Numbered from the stretch's first letter, positions 16,199 to 25,769 are shown. The stretch is DNA of 51,539 bases from a virus (IMGVR_UViG_3300025505_000001:1-51539), one strand, 5' to 3'. A program made the numbers and translations. Notes: a model not told the origin generated them from the letters alone.

Positions 16199-16400
16199 AG
16201 GCAAACTCCGAGTCGCCCGCTCCCTCCGGTTCCCGGCCACGCTCGACAACCGAGTCATCCAGAGGGCGACCGAGGCTGGCCGCTCCATCTCCGCTCAGTA
16301 CGAGTTCTATGCCGACCAAGGCGAGAAACTCGATAGGCTCCTCCAGGCGATTCGCGCCAAAGGAGAAGCCGTCCCGCAGGAGGTCCGCAACTTTGGCTAA
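16191..16400 (+). CDS. Arc-like RHH repressor
   Basis: AAGGAG RBS; RSLRFPATLDNRVIQRATEAGRSISAQ. Confidence 0.75.
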   Translation: MAKGKLRVARSLRFPATLDNRVIQRATEAGRSISAQYEFYADQGEKLDRLLQAIRAKGEAVPQEVRNFG

Positions 16401-16560
16401 GCCCCTCCCCCCGGCTTCGCCGGAAACCCCGCCCCCTCCGACCGATGACTTCGACTGGGACATCGACGACCCCGACTGGGACATCTCCGATGACTTCTTC
16501 GAACCCTTAATCATAGCCAAGCCAGCATACGACCGTATGCTAGAAGAACGAGACGACTAA
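16393..16560 (+). CDS. Small acidic Pro-rich protein
   Basis: AGGAGG RBS; TTG start; DDFDWDIDDPDWDISDDFF. Confidence 0.6.
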   Translation: MAKPLPPASPETPPPPTDDFDWDIDDPDWDISDDFFEPLIIAKPAYDRMLEERDD

Positions 16561-16727
16561 TGTCATCCATATGGTTCTCAGCCTCCACCTGCCAAGACCC
16601 AGCCTGCGGCTGGAAAGAGCCCTGGTCCGTTGAACTGGCCCGCGTCGCCGACAACACCAAGGAGCACCGCGCCACGACCGGACACGTCGTCCTCATCGAG
16701 GACCGAAAGAAAGAAACCATTGGCTAA
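16560..16727 (+). CDS. Small zinc-binding protein
   Basis: TAATG coupling; CQDPACGW...H...GH. Confidence 0.6.
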   Translation: MSSIWFSASTCQDPACGWKEPWSVELARVADNTKEHRATTGHVVLIEDRKKETIG

Positions 16728-17031
16728 CACCTACATCCCCTACGGGAGCCGGGTCGTCGTTCGGTCCGACCCCCCTGCGGATAAATCTACGGGAGGAATC
16801 TACATCCCCGATTACGCAGTAGAGAAGGCCTCCTCTCGGGGAACCGTTATGGCTGTTGGCCTAGGGGAACTTCGGGAGGATGGTACCCGCGACCCGATGC
16901 CCTTCGCCGATGGCGACGTGGTCTTCTTCCAGAAGGGCGTTGGCATGGGCTTGGTCGAGGGTGACTCCAAGACCCTCATCCTCGACGTTAAGGAAATCGT
17001 AGGGATAGATGAAGCCAGCCTGGCCGGGTAG
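16720..17031 (+). CDS. groES: GroES-like co-chaperonin 1
   Basis: PYGSRVVV, KSTGGIYIP mobile loop, GTVMAVGLG, GDVVFF. Confidence 0.9.
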   Translation: MANTYIPYGSRVVVRSDPPADKSTGGIYIPDYAVEKASSRGTVMAVGLGELREDGTRDPMPFADGDVVFFQKGVGMGLVEGDSKTLILDVKEIVGIDEASLAG

Positions 17032-17344
17032 AGTCGTCCTAGAAATCCTCCCTGTCGGAGGCACCAAGGGCGGCATCTACGTCAACAAGAACGAGAAGAA
17101 GCCTCACGTCAAAGGCATCGTAGCCCTCGTCGGACACGGCGTCCGCGAGGACATCCAGGTCGATGACTGGGTCATCTTCTCCCGATACTCCGGACTTCCG
17201 TTCGACTTCGCCGACGACGACAAAGAGTACCTAATCTTCAATGAAAAGGATATCTGGGTGAGAGTAGAACCACCGACCTGCCCTCATGGGGTAGACCTCA
17301 AACTAGAGTGCCCCGACTGCACTCACGGAGACGAGAATGCCTGA
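17009..17344 (+). CDS. groES: GroES-like co-chaperonin 2 with C-terminal Cys/His tail
   Basis: TKGGIYV, GIVALVGHG, VIFSRYSG, EYLIFNEKDI; tail CPH...CPDC. Confidence 0.9.
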   Translation: MKPAWPGRVVLEILPVGGTKGGIYVNKNEKKPHVKGIVALVGHGVREDIQVDDWVIFSRYSGLPFDFADDDKEYLIFNEKDIWVRVEPPTCPHGVDLKLECPDCTHGDENA

Positions 17345-17630
17345 CGTAGCCTGCGGTCCCGGCGTCGCGTCCCCCAAAGGCCCCGAGTTGATGGCCGGGA
17401 AAGCCACCGTCAACCTGGTCTTCGACGGCCCCACAATCCTCGGAACGAAGGGAGCCTCGATGGAGTTGAGCGTCACTTGGGGAAAAGACATCAAGCCGAC
17501 CGACCTCGACAAGACTTGCCGGATGCTGGCTCAGTCCATCTACTCGACCTACAAAATCGTCCTGGGCCTCCCTCCCTTCCACGGAAGCACCCCGGAGCAA
17601 CGTCTCCGGATTCTCGGAGTCGGCAAGTGA
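17337..17630 (+). CDS. Hypothetical protein
   Basis: Coupled ORF with GGAG RBS. Confidence 0.6.
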   Translation: MPDVACGPGVASPKGPELMAGKATVNLVFDGPTILGTKGASMELSVTWGKDIKPTDLDKTCRMLAQSIYSTYKIVLGLPPFHGSTPEQRLRILGVGK

Positions 17631-17806
17631 AGGGGCGTCAGTACCGAGCCTACCAACGCGAACAAGCCTGGACCCTCGTCGCCTGGGGCATCCTCACTGT
17701 GGTCGCATTGACTATCGTTATCAAGATTTGTGGGCAGATTGGATGGGTCCCCTCCCTCATTGTTGGGGCCGTCCTCTGGGCACTCTTCCGGGTTATCAGT
17801 GCCTAG
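17627..17806 (+). CDS. Small two-TM membrane protein
   Basis: GTGA overlap; two hydrophobic segments. Confidence 0.6.
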   Translation: MKGRQYRAYQREQAWTLVAWGILTVVALTIVIKICGQIGWVPSLIVGAVLWALFRVISA

Positions 17807-18110
17807 AGAAGAAGGCTGGATAGGAGTAGACTTCGATGCCACTCTCGCTCGCTCCGACAACGGAGAACCCATCTTCCCTATGGTCAAGAAGGTTCGGCGC
17901 TGGCTGGACCAGGGCGCGGACGTTCGGATATTCACTGCTCGAATGGATATGGGAAAAGATTCTACGCAGGTGGCTGAGGTCAAGGAGTTTTGCCTTCGGC
18001 ACTTTGGCCGGAGCCTGCCCGTAACTAACGTGAAAGACAAAAAGATGTTCGTCCTCTATGACGACCGAGCCCGCCAGGTCGTCCGCAACACAGGAGAAGT
18101 AGTATCGTGA
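17799..18110 (+). CDS. HAD-superfamily phosphatase (PNK-3'-phosphatase-like, capless)
   Basis: WIGVDFDATL (DxD), IFTAR, VTNVK, LYDDRA. Confidence 0.85.
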   Translation: MPREEGWIGVDFDATLARSDNGEPIFPMVKKVRRWLDQGADVRIFTARMDMGKDSTQVAEVKEFCLRHFGRSLPVTNVKDKKMFVLYDDRARQVVRNTGEVVS

Positions 18111-18436
18111 CCAAGCCCAAAGCCAAGAAGGCCACAGAACCTCAGCCCGTCGAACCAGTCGAGGACCCCTTCGCGCCCGAAGACCCCTTCGCCGACGAAG
18201 GCGAGAGCGGCTCACTGGCCCTCTACTTCGTCTACGAGAAGGAAGGTCAAGCCCAGAAGCCCCTCGCCCGCCTGGCCTACACCCACGCTGGCTCAGAGAA
18301 GGCCTCCAAGAAACTCTCCCACGAGATAGCCCAGTTGCTGACTTCAATCTTCGCCAAGATGGAATCCATGAAGACCGGGGGGGAACCCCTCGTCGTTCTG
18401 CCCGCTGGAGAGATGGATTGGAAGAAGGACGCTTAG
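18107..18436 (+). CDS. Hypothetical protein
   Basis: AGGAG RBS; coupled. Confidence 0.65.
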   Translation: MTKPKAKKATEPQPVEPVEDPFAPEDPFADEGESGSLALYFVYEKEGQAQKPLARLAYTHAGSEKASKKLSHEIAQLLTSIFAKMESMKTGGEPLVVLPAGEMDWKKDA

Positions 18437-18437
18437 C

Positions 18438-18896
18438 ATGAGCATGGACGCCCGTCTCGAAATCGTCGAGAGCCCCCTCAACGTGTTGACCTCCTCCCAG
18501 AGGTGCGACCTTCTCGACCCGGCCAAGACCAACTCGGAACTGATTGCCCTCATCCAATACCTCAACGCCGGGGGCTTCACGATAGGCTTCACAGCCATCA
18601 ACTCCGACCACCACTACGACGGGCCGACCGAGCATTCGGCTGGCCTAGCCTTCGACGGCTGGCCCAAGAACCTCGCAACTGGAGGCGGCTGGCTCGATGA
18701 CATCGCCCCCTACCTGGCCCACCTCGGCAAGTTCCCTAGGCTTAGGAACGTCGGGCTGGCTGGCTCAGCCTACACCCCAGGCAACCTCAAGGCCCTGGGA
18801 CTTCTATGGACACCCTACCCCGAGAACCCTCCCTTCCCGGTCGCCTTCCACGATAACGGCGGGGACCATATCCACCATAACGTCCTCTACGCCTAA
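18438..18896 (+). CDS. Endolysin candidate, M15/Hedgehog-DD-type Zn peptidase
   Basis: HSAGLAFD (HxxxxxxD) and C-terminal DHIH; followed by small membrane genes. Confidence 0.75.
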   Translation: MSMDARLEIVESPLNVLTSSQRCDLLDPAKTNSELIALIQYLNAGGFTIGFTAINSDHHYDGPTEHSAGLAFDGWPKNLATGGGWLDDIAPYLAHLGKFPRLRNVGLAGSAYTPGNLKALGLLWTPYPENPPFPVAFHDNGGDHIHHNVLYA

Positions 18897-18972
18897 AAAG
18901 GGCCAGCCCCCCTGGGCGTAGAAGACATACTTATAGGGGCAAAATCCCCTCACTTGCAAGTCAGGAGAACCC

Positions 18973-19140
18973 ATGAACAACTTCTTCACCGCCGTCTCGA
19001 TTGCTCTGGCCTTCGTGGGCCAAATCGGCGCGGCTCTCGCGGCCATCAAGGCGCACCAGGCCGTGAGCATCCCCCCGTTCAATACCTACATCGAGGGCGC
19101 GCACGTCTCAATCGGTCCGATTCCGATTAACCCTCTGTAA
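18973..19140 (+). CDS. Small hydrophobic protein (lysis accessory?)
   Basis: AGGAG RBS; FFTAVSIALAFVGQIGAALAAI. Confidence 0.65.
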   Translation: MNNFFTAVSIALAFVGQIGAALAAIKAHQAVSIPPFNTYIEGAHVSIGPIPINPL

Positions 19141-19144
19141 TAGT

Positions 19145-19225
19145 ATGGACCTACTCGTTGCGCTCCTTGGCTTCGTTATCGCGATGTCCGGGGGCGGGGT
19201 CCATGTCGGCCCCTCTCACCACTAG
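19145..19225 (+). CDS. Possible 26-aa membrane peptide
   Basis: MDLLVALLGFVIAMSGGG; weak RBS. Confidence 0.35.
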   Translation: MDLLVALLGFVIAMSGGGVHVGPSHH

Positions 19226-19239
19226 ATAAGGAAAAACGA

Positions 19240-19410
19240 ATGACTCTCCAAGTTTGGTTCTGGGCCATCTACGTCTTGAGCATCCTCTTTGGTGGATATC
19301 GTGCCGTCAGCGACCCCAGTTCCCGCTCCTACTGGCTCAACACCGTGGTCTTCTATGTCCTAGTCGGCCTGCTGGGGCTGGCTACCTTCGGTGGCCCCTT
19401 AAAGGGCTAA
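19240..19410 (+). CDS. Two-TM holin candidate (56 aa)
   Basis: AAGGA RBS; two TM helices; downstream of the endolysin. Confidence 0.6.
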   Translation: MTLQVWFWAIYVLSILFGGYRAVSDPSSRSYWLNTVVFYVLVGLLGLATFGGPLKG

Positions 19411-19469
19411 GCCTCTCGCTTCGCGAAGACACCCGAGTCGACACTCCTTTTCTATAGAAAGGCCCTCTC

Positions 19470-20033
19470 ATGTCAACAGTTATCAACGCCGATGGCACCA
19501 TCACCGAAGCCCCCGTCCCGGGTTCGACCGTCGCTGGCCCTTCCTACAATCCCGGCCAGGGTACCTCCCAGAATTACCCCGCAGGCGACCCTCGTGGTAA
19601 CGTAGGCCCAGTCTCGGTTCCCGGTCCTCAGGCTCCTGCTCCCGCAGGTTCTCCTGGCTATCCGGCAGGTGGGGCCTATACTCCGAACGCTGGTCTCGGC
19701 TTCGTCAACCCCACGGACTCTAGCAAGGCCTACGATACACTCTGCAAGGCTTGCGCGGCCATCTCGCTTGATGTACTTTTCGCGAGAGACCGGATGTCCA
19801 ACGGCAACCTCCCGGAGACTGCGCTTCGGCTGACTGAGGTCATCAACAACCTGCGGTCATCCCTGCCAGCCAACTACCAGGTGGCCCTGAACCAAGGTCT
19901 GTACGGTACGGCTCCTTCCGGCAAGACCAACGCGGACGGTAGCCCAAATGCGGGATTCACCAACGCGGACGGCTCCCACAATACGGGCACGAGAAACGCG
20001 GCAGGTCAAGTGACCCCTGCACCTAAGGTCTAG
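19470..20033 (+). CDS. Pro/Gly-rich hypothetical protein
   Basis: 187-aa ORF; 11-aa C-terminal repeats (TNADGS). Confidence 0.7.
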   Translation: MSTVINADGTITEAPVPGSTVAGPSYNPGQGTSQNYPAGDPRGNVGPVSVPGPQAPAPAGSPGYPAGGAYTPNAGLGFVNPTDSSKAYDTLCKACAAISLDVLFARDRMSNGNLPETALRLTEVINNLRSSLPANYQVALNQGLYGTAPSGKTNADGSPNAGFTNADGSHNTGTRNAAGQVTPAPKV

Positions 20034-20038
20034 GCCTT

Positions 20039-20305
20039 ATGTGGTGGGACCTGGAATCAGACGAAGTTCTACTCCAAAAAATCTATCGAAGGATGGGAAA
20101 AATAATGTCACAACTCGACACACTCAACCAGGGCTTCGTTGACGCCAGTGCCAGCGTTTCGATTCTGAGCACGGACGTAGCGGCCTATATCGCCAAGGGT
20201 GGCGGAGGCACGGTTGACTTAACGGGCGCGATTCAAAACGTCGGCGCTCTCAAGGCCCAGGTCGATACTCTCGACGCTACAATCAAGGCCGCTCTCGGAG
20301 CATAA
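20039..20305 (+). CDS. Coiled-coil hypothetical protein
   Basis: Amphipathic heptads; alternative start MSQLDTL. Confidence 0.65.
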   Translation: MWWDLESDEVLLQKIYRRMGKIMSQLDTLNQGFVDASASVSILSTDVAAYIAKGGGGTVDLTGAIQNVGALKAQVDTLDATIKAALGA

Positions 20306-20453
20306 CCTAGATGAGGAAGGGCGGCGATGTCCAGTCGGGGGTACTGTCACCAGTAACTTCGTCGGCATCGTCAGCCGCTTCTTCAAAATCAAACTCGTCC
20401 ATCCCTACCCTTTAAGCGGGACAGGGAACCCCCCCTCGGAGTAATCTGATTTA

Positions 20454-20606
20454 ATGTGTCCCACAGAACGGGAACCTTACGAAGCCTACGACCCCGCCCT
20501 CGGCGAATGGGTCGTTTTACCTTGGCGAGGTCCGGCGGCTGATGCCGACGAAGACAACGACGGCGAGTTTCACGGGACAGCCGATGAAATCTACGAAGAG
20601 AACTGA
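20454..20606 (+). CDS. Small acidic protein (50 aa)
   Basis: TGATG coupling to the next gene; D/E-rich. Confidence 0.5.
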   Translation: MCPTEREPYEAYDPALGEWVVLPWRGPAADADEDNDGEFHGTADEIYEEN

Positions 20607-21274
20607 TGCTCGTTCCTGGAAAGACCCTCACCGATGAACAGTTTGCCGCCTGGTTTGGAGCCATCGAGCCCGCCGACAAGTCTGACTTCTTCTATGCTAA
20701 TGGAGGTAGTCCAGATTTGGCACGGTTCGTCTGCGCCCTCGATTTATTGCTGGTGGCGGGGGCGAGACGAGGAGCCCGGAGAGGAACCGAGATTGAGGCC
20801 TACGCGATGGCTTACGGTTGTTCCCTCGAAGAAGCCAAACGAAAATACAGGGACGCCTTAAACCATGACGCAGTTGCCGGACTTCTGGACCGTCTTAGCA
20901 TTAGGGAGCGTATTCTTGCCTGGCTTGGAATCGAGTCGCATTACACTCGCCTGGTCCACGGCCTCCTTGAGCAAGCGAACGACTGGGTCGAAGACGGCCA
21001 CGACCTTACGAAGAACGAGGTCGCACTGGTAAGTGCCGCCTTGAAGGGTGCCTCGGACTTGCAGAAAGGCATCAAGATTGAACAAATCGAAGAGCGTATT
21101 GAGCGAAGCAAGAAGGGTGCCGAGAACGGCAGAGCCGCCGCGCTCGCGGCAATCAGCATTGATGGCGAAGGGGCCAAGGGGCTCCTGGAATGGTTGAAGA
21201 GCAAAGTTGGACCAGACTTCGATAAACTCGTGGCTTCAATCGGCGAAGGCTCACCAGAGGGCCCAAGAGTCTAG
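20606..21274 (+). CDS. Terminase small subunit candidate
   Basis: Helical protein immediately upstream of and overlapping TerL. Confidence 0.55.
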   Translation: MLVPGKTLTDEQFAAWFGAIEPADKSDFFYANGGSPDLARFVCALDLLLVAGARRGARRGTEIEAYAMAYGCSLEEAKRKYRDALNHDAVAGLLDRLSIRERILAWLGIESHYTRLVHGLLEQANDWVEDGHDLTKNEVALVSAALKGASDLQKGIKIEQIEERIERSKKGAENGRAAALAAISIDGEGAKGLLEWLKSKVGPDFDKLVASIGEGSPEGPRV

Positions 21275-22874
21275 GAACCTCTTTGTCTTCTGCAACGACG
21301 GCCTAGAGTTCAGAAAGCAGAACGGCGGTCTCCAGGTCCTACCCCATGTCGCCATGTGCAACTGGCTCGAAGACTTGTTCTTCCCTCTCTACCGAGAGGA
21401 CGACACAGGCGTACAGCGCCGAGGTCTGCAACTCGAACCTCGATACTCCTACAAGTCATCCATCGCCTCGAAGGGTTTGCCCCTCCTCCTCCTCGAAAAA
21501 TACCCGGACTCCGCTGGCCTGATTGACTCCCATTCATGGGACAGGTCCAAAGTTTTGCTTCGAGGTTGCAAGGACATCATTGAGAAAGATAAGCATTTTA
21601 GGGATGTCTTCGGAGACTGGGCTAAGGACGCTCCTTACTGGACTGAGTCCGGCATCATCATCAACCGAAGGACTTCCGCCGGAAGACCTGAGCCCAGTAT
21701 TGACACGACTGGCGTTGATAAAGGAATGGCCGGGGGTCACTACGATTGGATTATCGCGGACGACCTCCATGACGAACAGAATTACGAATCCCCGCGTATG
21801 CGGGAGAAGGTGAAGGGTCACATTGAAAACCTCTATCCCCTCCTCGCTCCCGGAGGTGCCCTACTACTTATTGGAACAAGATGGCACTACCAAGACTCTT
21901 ATGGAAAAATCCTACGAGACGTGGCTAATGCCGCTGAGATTGGAGGCCGAACTCCTTGGGTCACTCGAATCAAGGCCGTCGAAGACGAATTCGGAGAACT
22001 CTATTTCCCTCACAGATTGACCCGTGAGTTCATCGAGCAACAGCGTATTGACCTCAGCCCCAACAAGTTCTCGGTCTGGTACTACAACAAGCCCATCGAA
22101 GAGGGCTCCAAGACCTTCCAGAAGTCCTACATCCAAATGTTCGAAGGAGATTTCGACTATGACTGGCAACCAATCCTCAGACCCAAGACCCAGCCCGAGG
22201 GGCGTATCCCACTCCGAACAACCTTCTCCTGGGACACCGCAGGCGTCCACCCCGGAGAAGCCACGTCCTACCACGGACTCACCGTCGTCGGAACGGACGT
22301 TAAGGGCAACTGGGTCGTCCTCGTCGCCGAAGGCCTCAAGGGGACTCCTACGGAGGTTATCTCTCGGGTTGCATATCTTATCGCAGAGTACGGGATAGAA
22401 GAAGCCTCCATCGAGGACGTTCCCAACTCCCTGCTCTGGCTCGACAAACTCCAACGCTACATGGCCGACAAGGGAGCCCCCTGTCCCACTTTCAAGGCTA
22501 TCGTCCCCTCTTCGAGGATGAGGAAGACGACTCGCATCGAGACGGCCCTAGAGATGCGCTTCCGCAGACGGCAGGTCTGGATACTGGCGGGGCCCCAAGC
22601 CCGAGACGTCCTGGCCGAATTGGACCAGTTCCCCCAGGGGCCCAAACTTGATATCCTGGACGCCCTGGCCCAGCAAGACCAGATTACTCAAAATGCTACG
22701 GATGTGGCCGACGACGAGTTCTTTCAGGAGCAAAGTTGGCAGGAGCGACACCCGGAGAGGGTGAAATCTCTATCTGCACAACAAACCAGTGGGTCCTGGG
22801 TTGGCCTAGGCACCCCGCAAGGAGCAAAGAATGTCAGCAGTTTCTCGGGCCCGCAATTTGGCGGGCGAATCTAG
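21207..22874 (+). CDS. terL: Terminase large subunit
   Basis: Deviant Walker A PRYSYKS; Walker B GHYDWIIADD; IGTRWH; nuclease SWDTA and DILDAL. Confidence 0.92.
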   Translation: MDQTSINSWLQSAKAHQRAQESRNLFVFCNDGLEFRKQNGGLQVLPHVAMCNWLEDLFFPLYREDDTGVQRRGLQLEPRYSYKSSIASKGLPLLLLEKYPDSAGLIDSHSWDRSKVLLRGCKDIIEKDKHFRDVFGDWAKDAPYWTESGIIINRRTSAGRPEPSIDTTGVDKGMAGGHYDWIIADDLHDEQNYESPRMREKVKGHIENLYPLLAPGGALLLIGTRWHYQDSYGKILRDVANAAEIGGRTPWVTRIKAVEDEFGELYFPHRLTREFIEQQRIDLSPNKFSVWYYNKPIEEGSKTFQKSYIQMFEGDFDYDWQPILRPKTQPEGRIPLRTTFSWDTAGVHPGEATSYHGLTVVGTDVKGNWVVLVAEGLKGTPTEVISRVAYLIAEYGIEEASIEDVPNSLLWLDKLQRYMADKGAPCPTFKAIVPSSRMRKTTRIETALEMRFRRRQVWILAGPQARDVLAELDQFPQGPKLDILDALAQQDQITQNATDVADDEFFQEQSWQERHPERVKSLSAQQTSGSWVGLGTPQGAKNVSSFSGPQFGGRI

Positions 22875-23031
22875 ACCCAAGCGTTCGATGGGTTCGGAGA
22901 TGGGTCAGTCCCCGAATGTCTCTGCCAAGCAGACTCCTACTGGCGGGATGGGCCAGTCTATGGGACAGTCCTCGGCTGTTCATGTGGCCGCGAACACCCC
23001 AAAAACTATGGGCAAAAGGATGGGTCAGTAA
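22831..23031 (+). CDS. Small basic low-complexity protein
   Basis: AAGGAG RBS; repeated MGQ/MGS motifs. Confidence 0.55.
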   Translation: MSAVSRARNLAGESRPKRSMGSEMGQSPNVSAKQTPTGGMGQSMGQSSAVHVAANTPKTMGKRMGQ

Positions 23032-23400
23032 GTGGGCCCAGCCCTTCCGCAACCGGGAGCCCAAGGCAAGGGGAAGGCTCCTAAGGAGCCCAAGAACCCC
23101 ATCGTCCCCGGAGTGAACGACCCGCAGACCCTAGTCCAAGCCTTCCAGGCCGCGCAGAAGCAAGGTACCCAAGTTCTCTACCTGAAGCATCTTCAAGCGA
23201 CGGACCCCGAGGCTTTGGTTCGGCTTCTTCAAGTTCTCCACATGCTTCAGTCCCAACAGGGACAGCAAGGTCAATCCCCAGGCGGGCAGGGTGGTCAGCC
23301 ACCCTCTGCTCCTGGTGGAGGTCCTCCGGGAGGAGCCGCAGGAGGCCAGCCCCAAGGCGGCATGGGCGGAATGAGTCCTGGCGGTATGCCGGGTGGCTAA
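23032..23400 (+). CDS. Gly/Gln/Pro-rich hypothetical protein
   Basis: ORF between TerL and portal; coupled to portal. Confidence 0.65.
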   Translation: MGPALPQPGAQGKGKAPKEPKNPIVPGVNDPQTLVQAFQAAQKQGTQVLYLKHLQATDPEALVRLLQVLHMLQSQQGQQGQSPGGQGGQPPSAPGGGPPGGAAGGQPQGGMGGMSPGGMPGG

Positions 23401-25435
23401 GGAAGAATCTCTCCTCACCCCAGTCCCACCTTCGGACCTCGACCCGCCGAAGGTCAAACTCTCTAAGGCTCAGCGCCTCAAGATTGGCGAGAGCCTTTAC
23501 TCTTCTTTGATTTCGGCTCAGGCTGACCGCAAGGGTCTGACCAGGCAAATCCAAGATTGGAACAAACTCTGGGAAGGTCAAGTCGACGAGCGGGCGTTCC
23601 CGTGGCCGGGATGCGCCAACATCTACGTTCCTGTCGTCCAGACTCAAGTTCAGATGCTCACGGCAGAACTCTCTACCGTCATCTACCAGGACCGCTTCTA
23701 CACCGTTCAGGGCAATACGCCTACGGCACTATCATCGGCTCCCCAGGTCGAGAAGTTCTACAACAAAGAATACAACGACAAGAAATGGGACAAGGCCCAT
23801 TACGATTGGGCTCAATCCGGAATCCTTGACGGCGCTTGCTTCATGCAGGTCCTGTGGCGGAAAGAGACTCGCAAGCGCAACAAACTCGTCTACCAGCAAA
23901 CCAATGACGAGGGGGGCGTTCCCGTCCCTGATGGCTCGGCTTCGCCGGATGAGAAGGGCGTCGTCCCGCCTCTCGAAGAAGAGCAAGTCATCTCCATCGA
24001 CCAGGACATCTGGAACGGCGTCGAACTCAAGCCCGTTCGCTTACGCGACTTCTACATGTTTCCGGCGTGGAACCCCGAGAATCTCGACGAGCCCCAGGCC
24101 GTGGCCGTTCGCGAATGGCTCGACGAGAACATGCTCAAGAAGATGGTTCGCTCCGGTATCCTCTACAAGGATGCCGTCAAGCGAGCCATAGCCTACGCGA
24201 CCGAAACTCGCTCCGAGCGGAACCTCTCCGAGGATGGGACCGATGACATCGACGTAGGGTCTTCCATCAACATCGGCGCAGAGCAAGGCTCCCTCGATTC
24301 AGAACTCAACCCCCAGAAGGGCCAGTTGGAGGTCTTCCGCTTCCACTCTCGTCAGTTCGACCTCGACAAAGACGATGAGCCGGAAGAGAACATCTATTGG
24401 TTCTCTCGTAACTCCCGAGAACTCCTAGGTGTAGTGGCCTATCCCTATTGGGCCCCCAAGCGTCCGTTCTTCGATTGGGCTCCGATTCCGAGACCAGGCA
24501 AGGTCATCGGCTTCAGCCTCGTCGGCCTATTGGCTGGCCTCGCCAACGAGATTATGGCGATTCACAACCAGCGCAGAGACTGGACCGACCTCATCACTTC
24601 GCCGCCGCTCCTTGAGAAGCAAGGTGCTAAACTCGATACTCGGAACTATTCGTGGGGTCCTGCGGCCAAGTGGAAGGTCTCGTCTCCTGACGACGTATCT
24701 ATCCTGAAGTTGCCGGACGCGCCTGCGTCCTCGATTCAAGAGGAAGGGCTCCTCACAGGCTACGCCAAAGAACTGGCTGGAGCCGAAGACATTCAGCAAA
24801 CTGGTCAACGTCAAACCAAGGCCCAAGTCATGGCCTCTCAGTTCAAGGTCGGCATCCGGACCGCCCTGATTGCCGAGAGATTCCGAGACGCCTCCAGGGA
24901 GATTGTCAAGTTCGTCAACGAACTGAACATCCAATATGGTCCGAAGGACCAGGAAGTTCTGACCCGCAACAAGCAAGGTGCCCCCGAGACTTTCATCCTG
25001 CCCAAGAAGTCCCTCGTTGAAGACTACACCTGGGACATCAATGGCGCGGGCGGCCCCATCGACAAACAGCAGAAACTCTCTGAGTGTCTCGTCGCCTACA
25101 AGATGTTGCTTAGCAACCCCTTGGTTGCGACCGACATGCCCAAGATATACAACGTCACTCGTTGGGTCCTCGAACAGATGGATGTCCCCTCGGTCGAAGA
25201 CCTCATCGGAACCGAGAAGGATGCTCAGGCTAAGCAGAAACAAATGGAACAACAGCAGGCCCAGCAAGCGCAGATGCAATTAGCAGGAATGGCCCCCCAG
25301 GACGGTCAGCCCAATCCGGGCACTTCCGGTTCATCCGGGACCGATAACCAGGGGGGTCAACCACCCGACCCCACCTCTGGCGGAGACCCCTCCGGAGGAG
25401 ACCCCTCCGGGGGGATGGGAGGCTTAGGTGGCTAA
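23393..25435 (+). CDS. Portal protein
   Basis: Position after TerL; 680 aa; FPWPGCANI motif; Q-rich C-terminal helix as in podovirus portals. Confidence 0.88.
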   Translation: MAKEESLLTPVPPSDLDPPKVKLSKAQRLKIGESLYSSLISAQADRKGLTRQIQDWNKLWEGQVDERAFPWPGCANIYVPVVQTQVQMLTAELSTVIYQDRFYTVQGNTPTALSSAPQVEKFYNKEYNDKKWDKAHYDWAQSGILDGACFMQVLWRKETRKRNKLVYQQTNDEGGVPVPDGSASPDEKGVVPPLEEEQVISIDQDIWNGVELKPVRLRDFYMFPAWNPENLDEPQAVAVREWLDENMLKKMVRSGILYKDAVKRAIAYATETRSERNLSEDGTDDIDVGSSINIGAEQGSLDSELNPQKGQLEVFRFHSRQFDLDKDDEPEENIYWFSRNSRELLGVVAYPYWAPKRPFFDWAPIPRPGKVIGFSLVGLLAGLANEIMAIHNQRRDWTDLITSPPLLEKQGAKLDTRNYSWGPAAKWKVSSPDDVSILKLPDAPASSIQEEGLLTGYAKELAGAEDIQQTGQRQTKAQVMASQFKVGIRTALIAERFRDASREIVKFVNELNIQYGPKDQEVLTRNKQGAPETFILPKKSLVEDYTWDINGAGGPIDKQQKLSECLVAYKMLLSNPLVATDMPKIYNVTRWVLEQMDVPSVEDLIGTEKDAQAKQKQMEQQQAQQAQMQLAGMAPQDGQPNPGTSGSSGTDNQGGQPPDPTSGGDPSGGDPSGGMGGLGG

Positions 25436-25718
25436 CGTCAAACCCGCAACGGCGGAACAAACTCAGGAAGACCGGGAGCGAATAGCCGACTACCAGGGCC
25501 TCACCAACAGCCGGGGCTTTCAGCGGCTCGTCGAAAAAGAGATTAAGCCCCGTATCCGGGACGCAGTCTCTGAATTGGTGTGGGGAAAAAATCCCGAACC
25601 CGAGACCCTGAAGACCCAGGCCAAGGTTCTCTATCTGATTCTAAAGACCGTCTACGACGGAGCCGCTCTTCCCATTCCAAAAGAAATTCAAGAACTGGGC
25701 AAGCGCCAGGAGGATTAG
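25428..25718 (+). CDS. Hypothetical protein following portal
   Basis: Coupled ORF; LTNSRGFQRLV. Confidence 0.7.
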   Translation: MANVKPATAEQTQEDRERIADYQGLTNSRGFQRLVEKEIKPRIRDAVSELVWGKNPEPETLKTQAKVLYLILKTVYDGAALPIPKEIQELGKRQED

Positions 25719-25769
25719 GGCTACATTCATTGAATGTCTGAGTATATCACTCTGACATGAGGAATTAGC

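Noticed and set aside
25365-25412. Short tandem DNA repeat GGAGACCCCTCCGG
   Set aside because: Explained by the low-complexity DPSGG repeat in the portal C-terminal tail.
23393-25435. C-terminal Gly-Gly on portal and on 23032-23400 as ubiquitin-like conjugation tags
   Set aside because: Both endings are forced by the recurring 8-nt NTGGCTAA start/stop overlap, also seen at 16191, 16393 and 16720.
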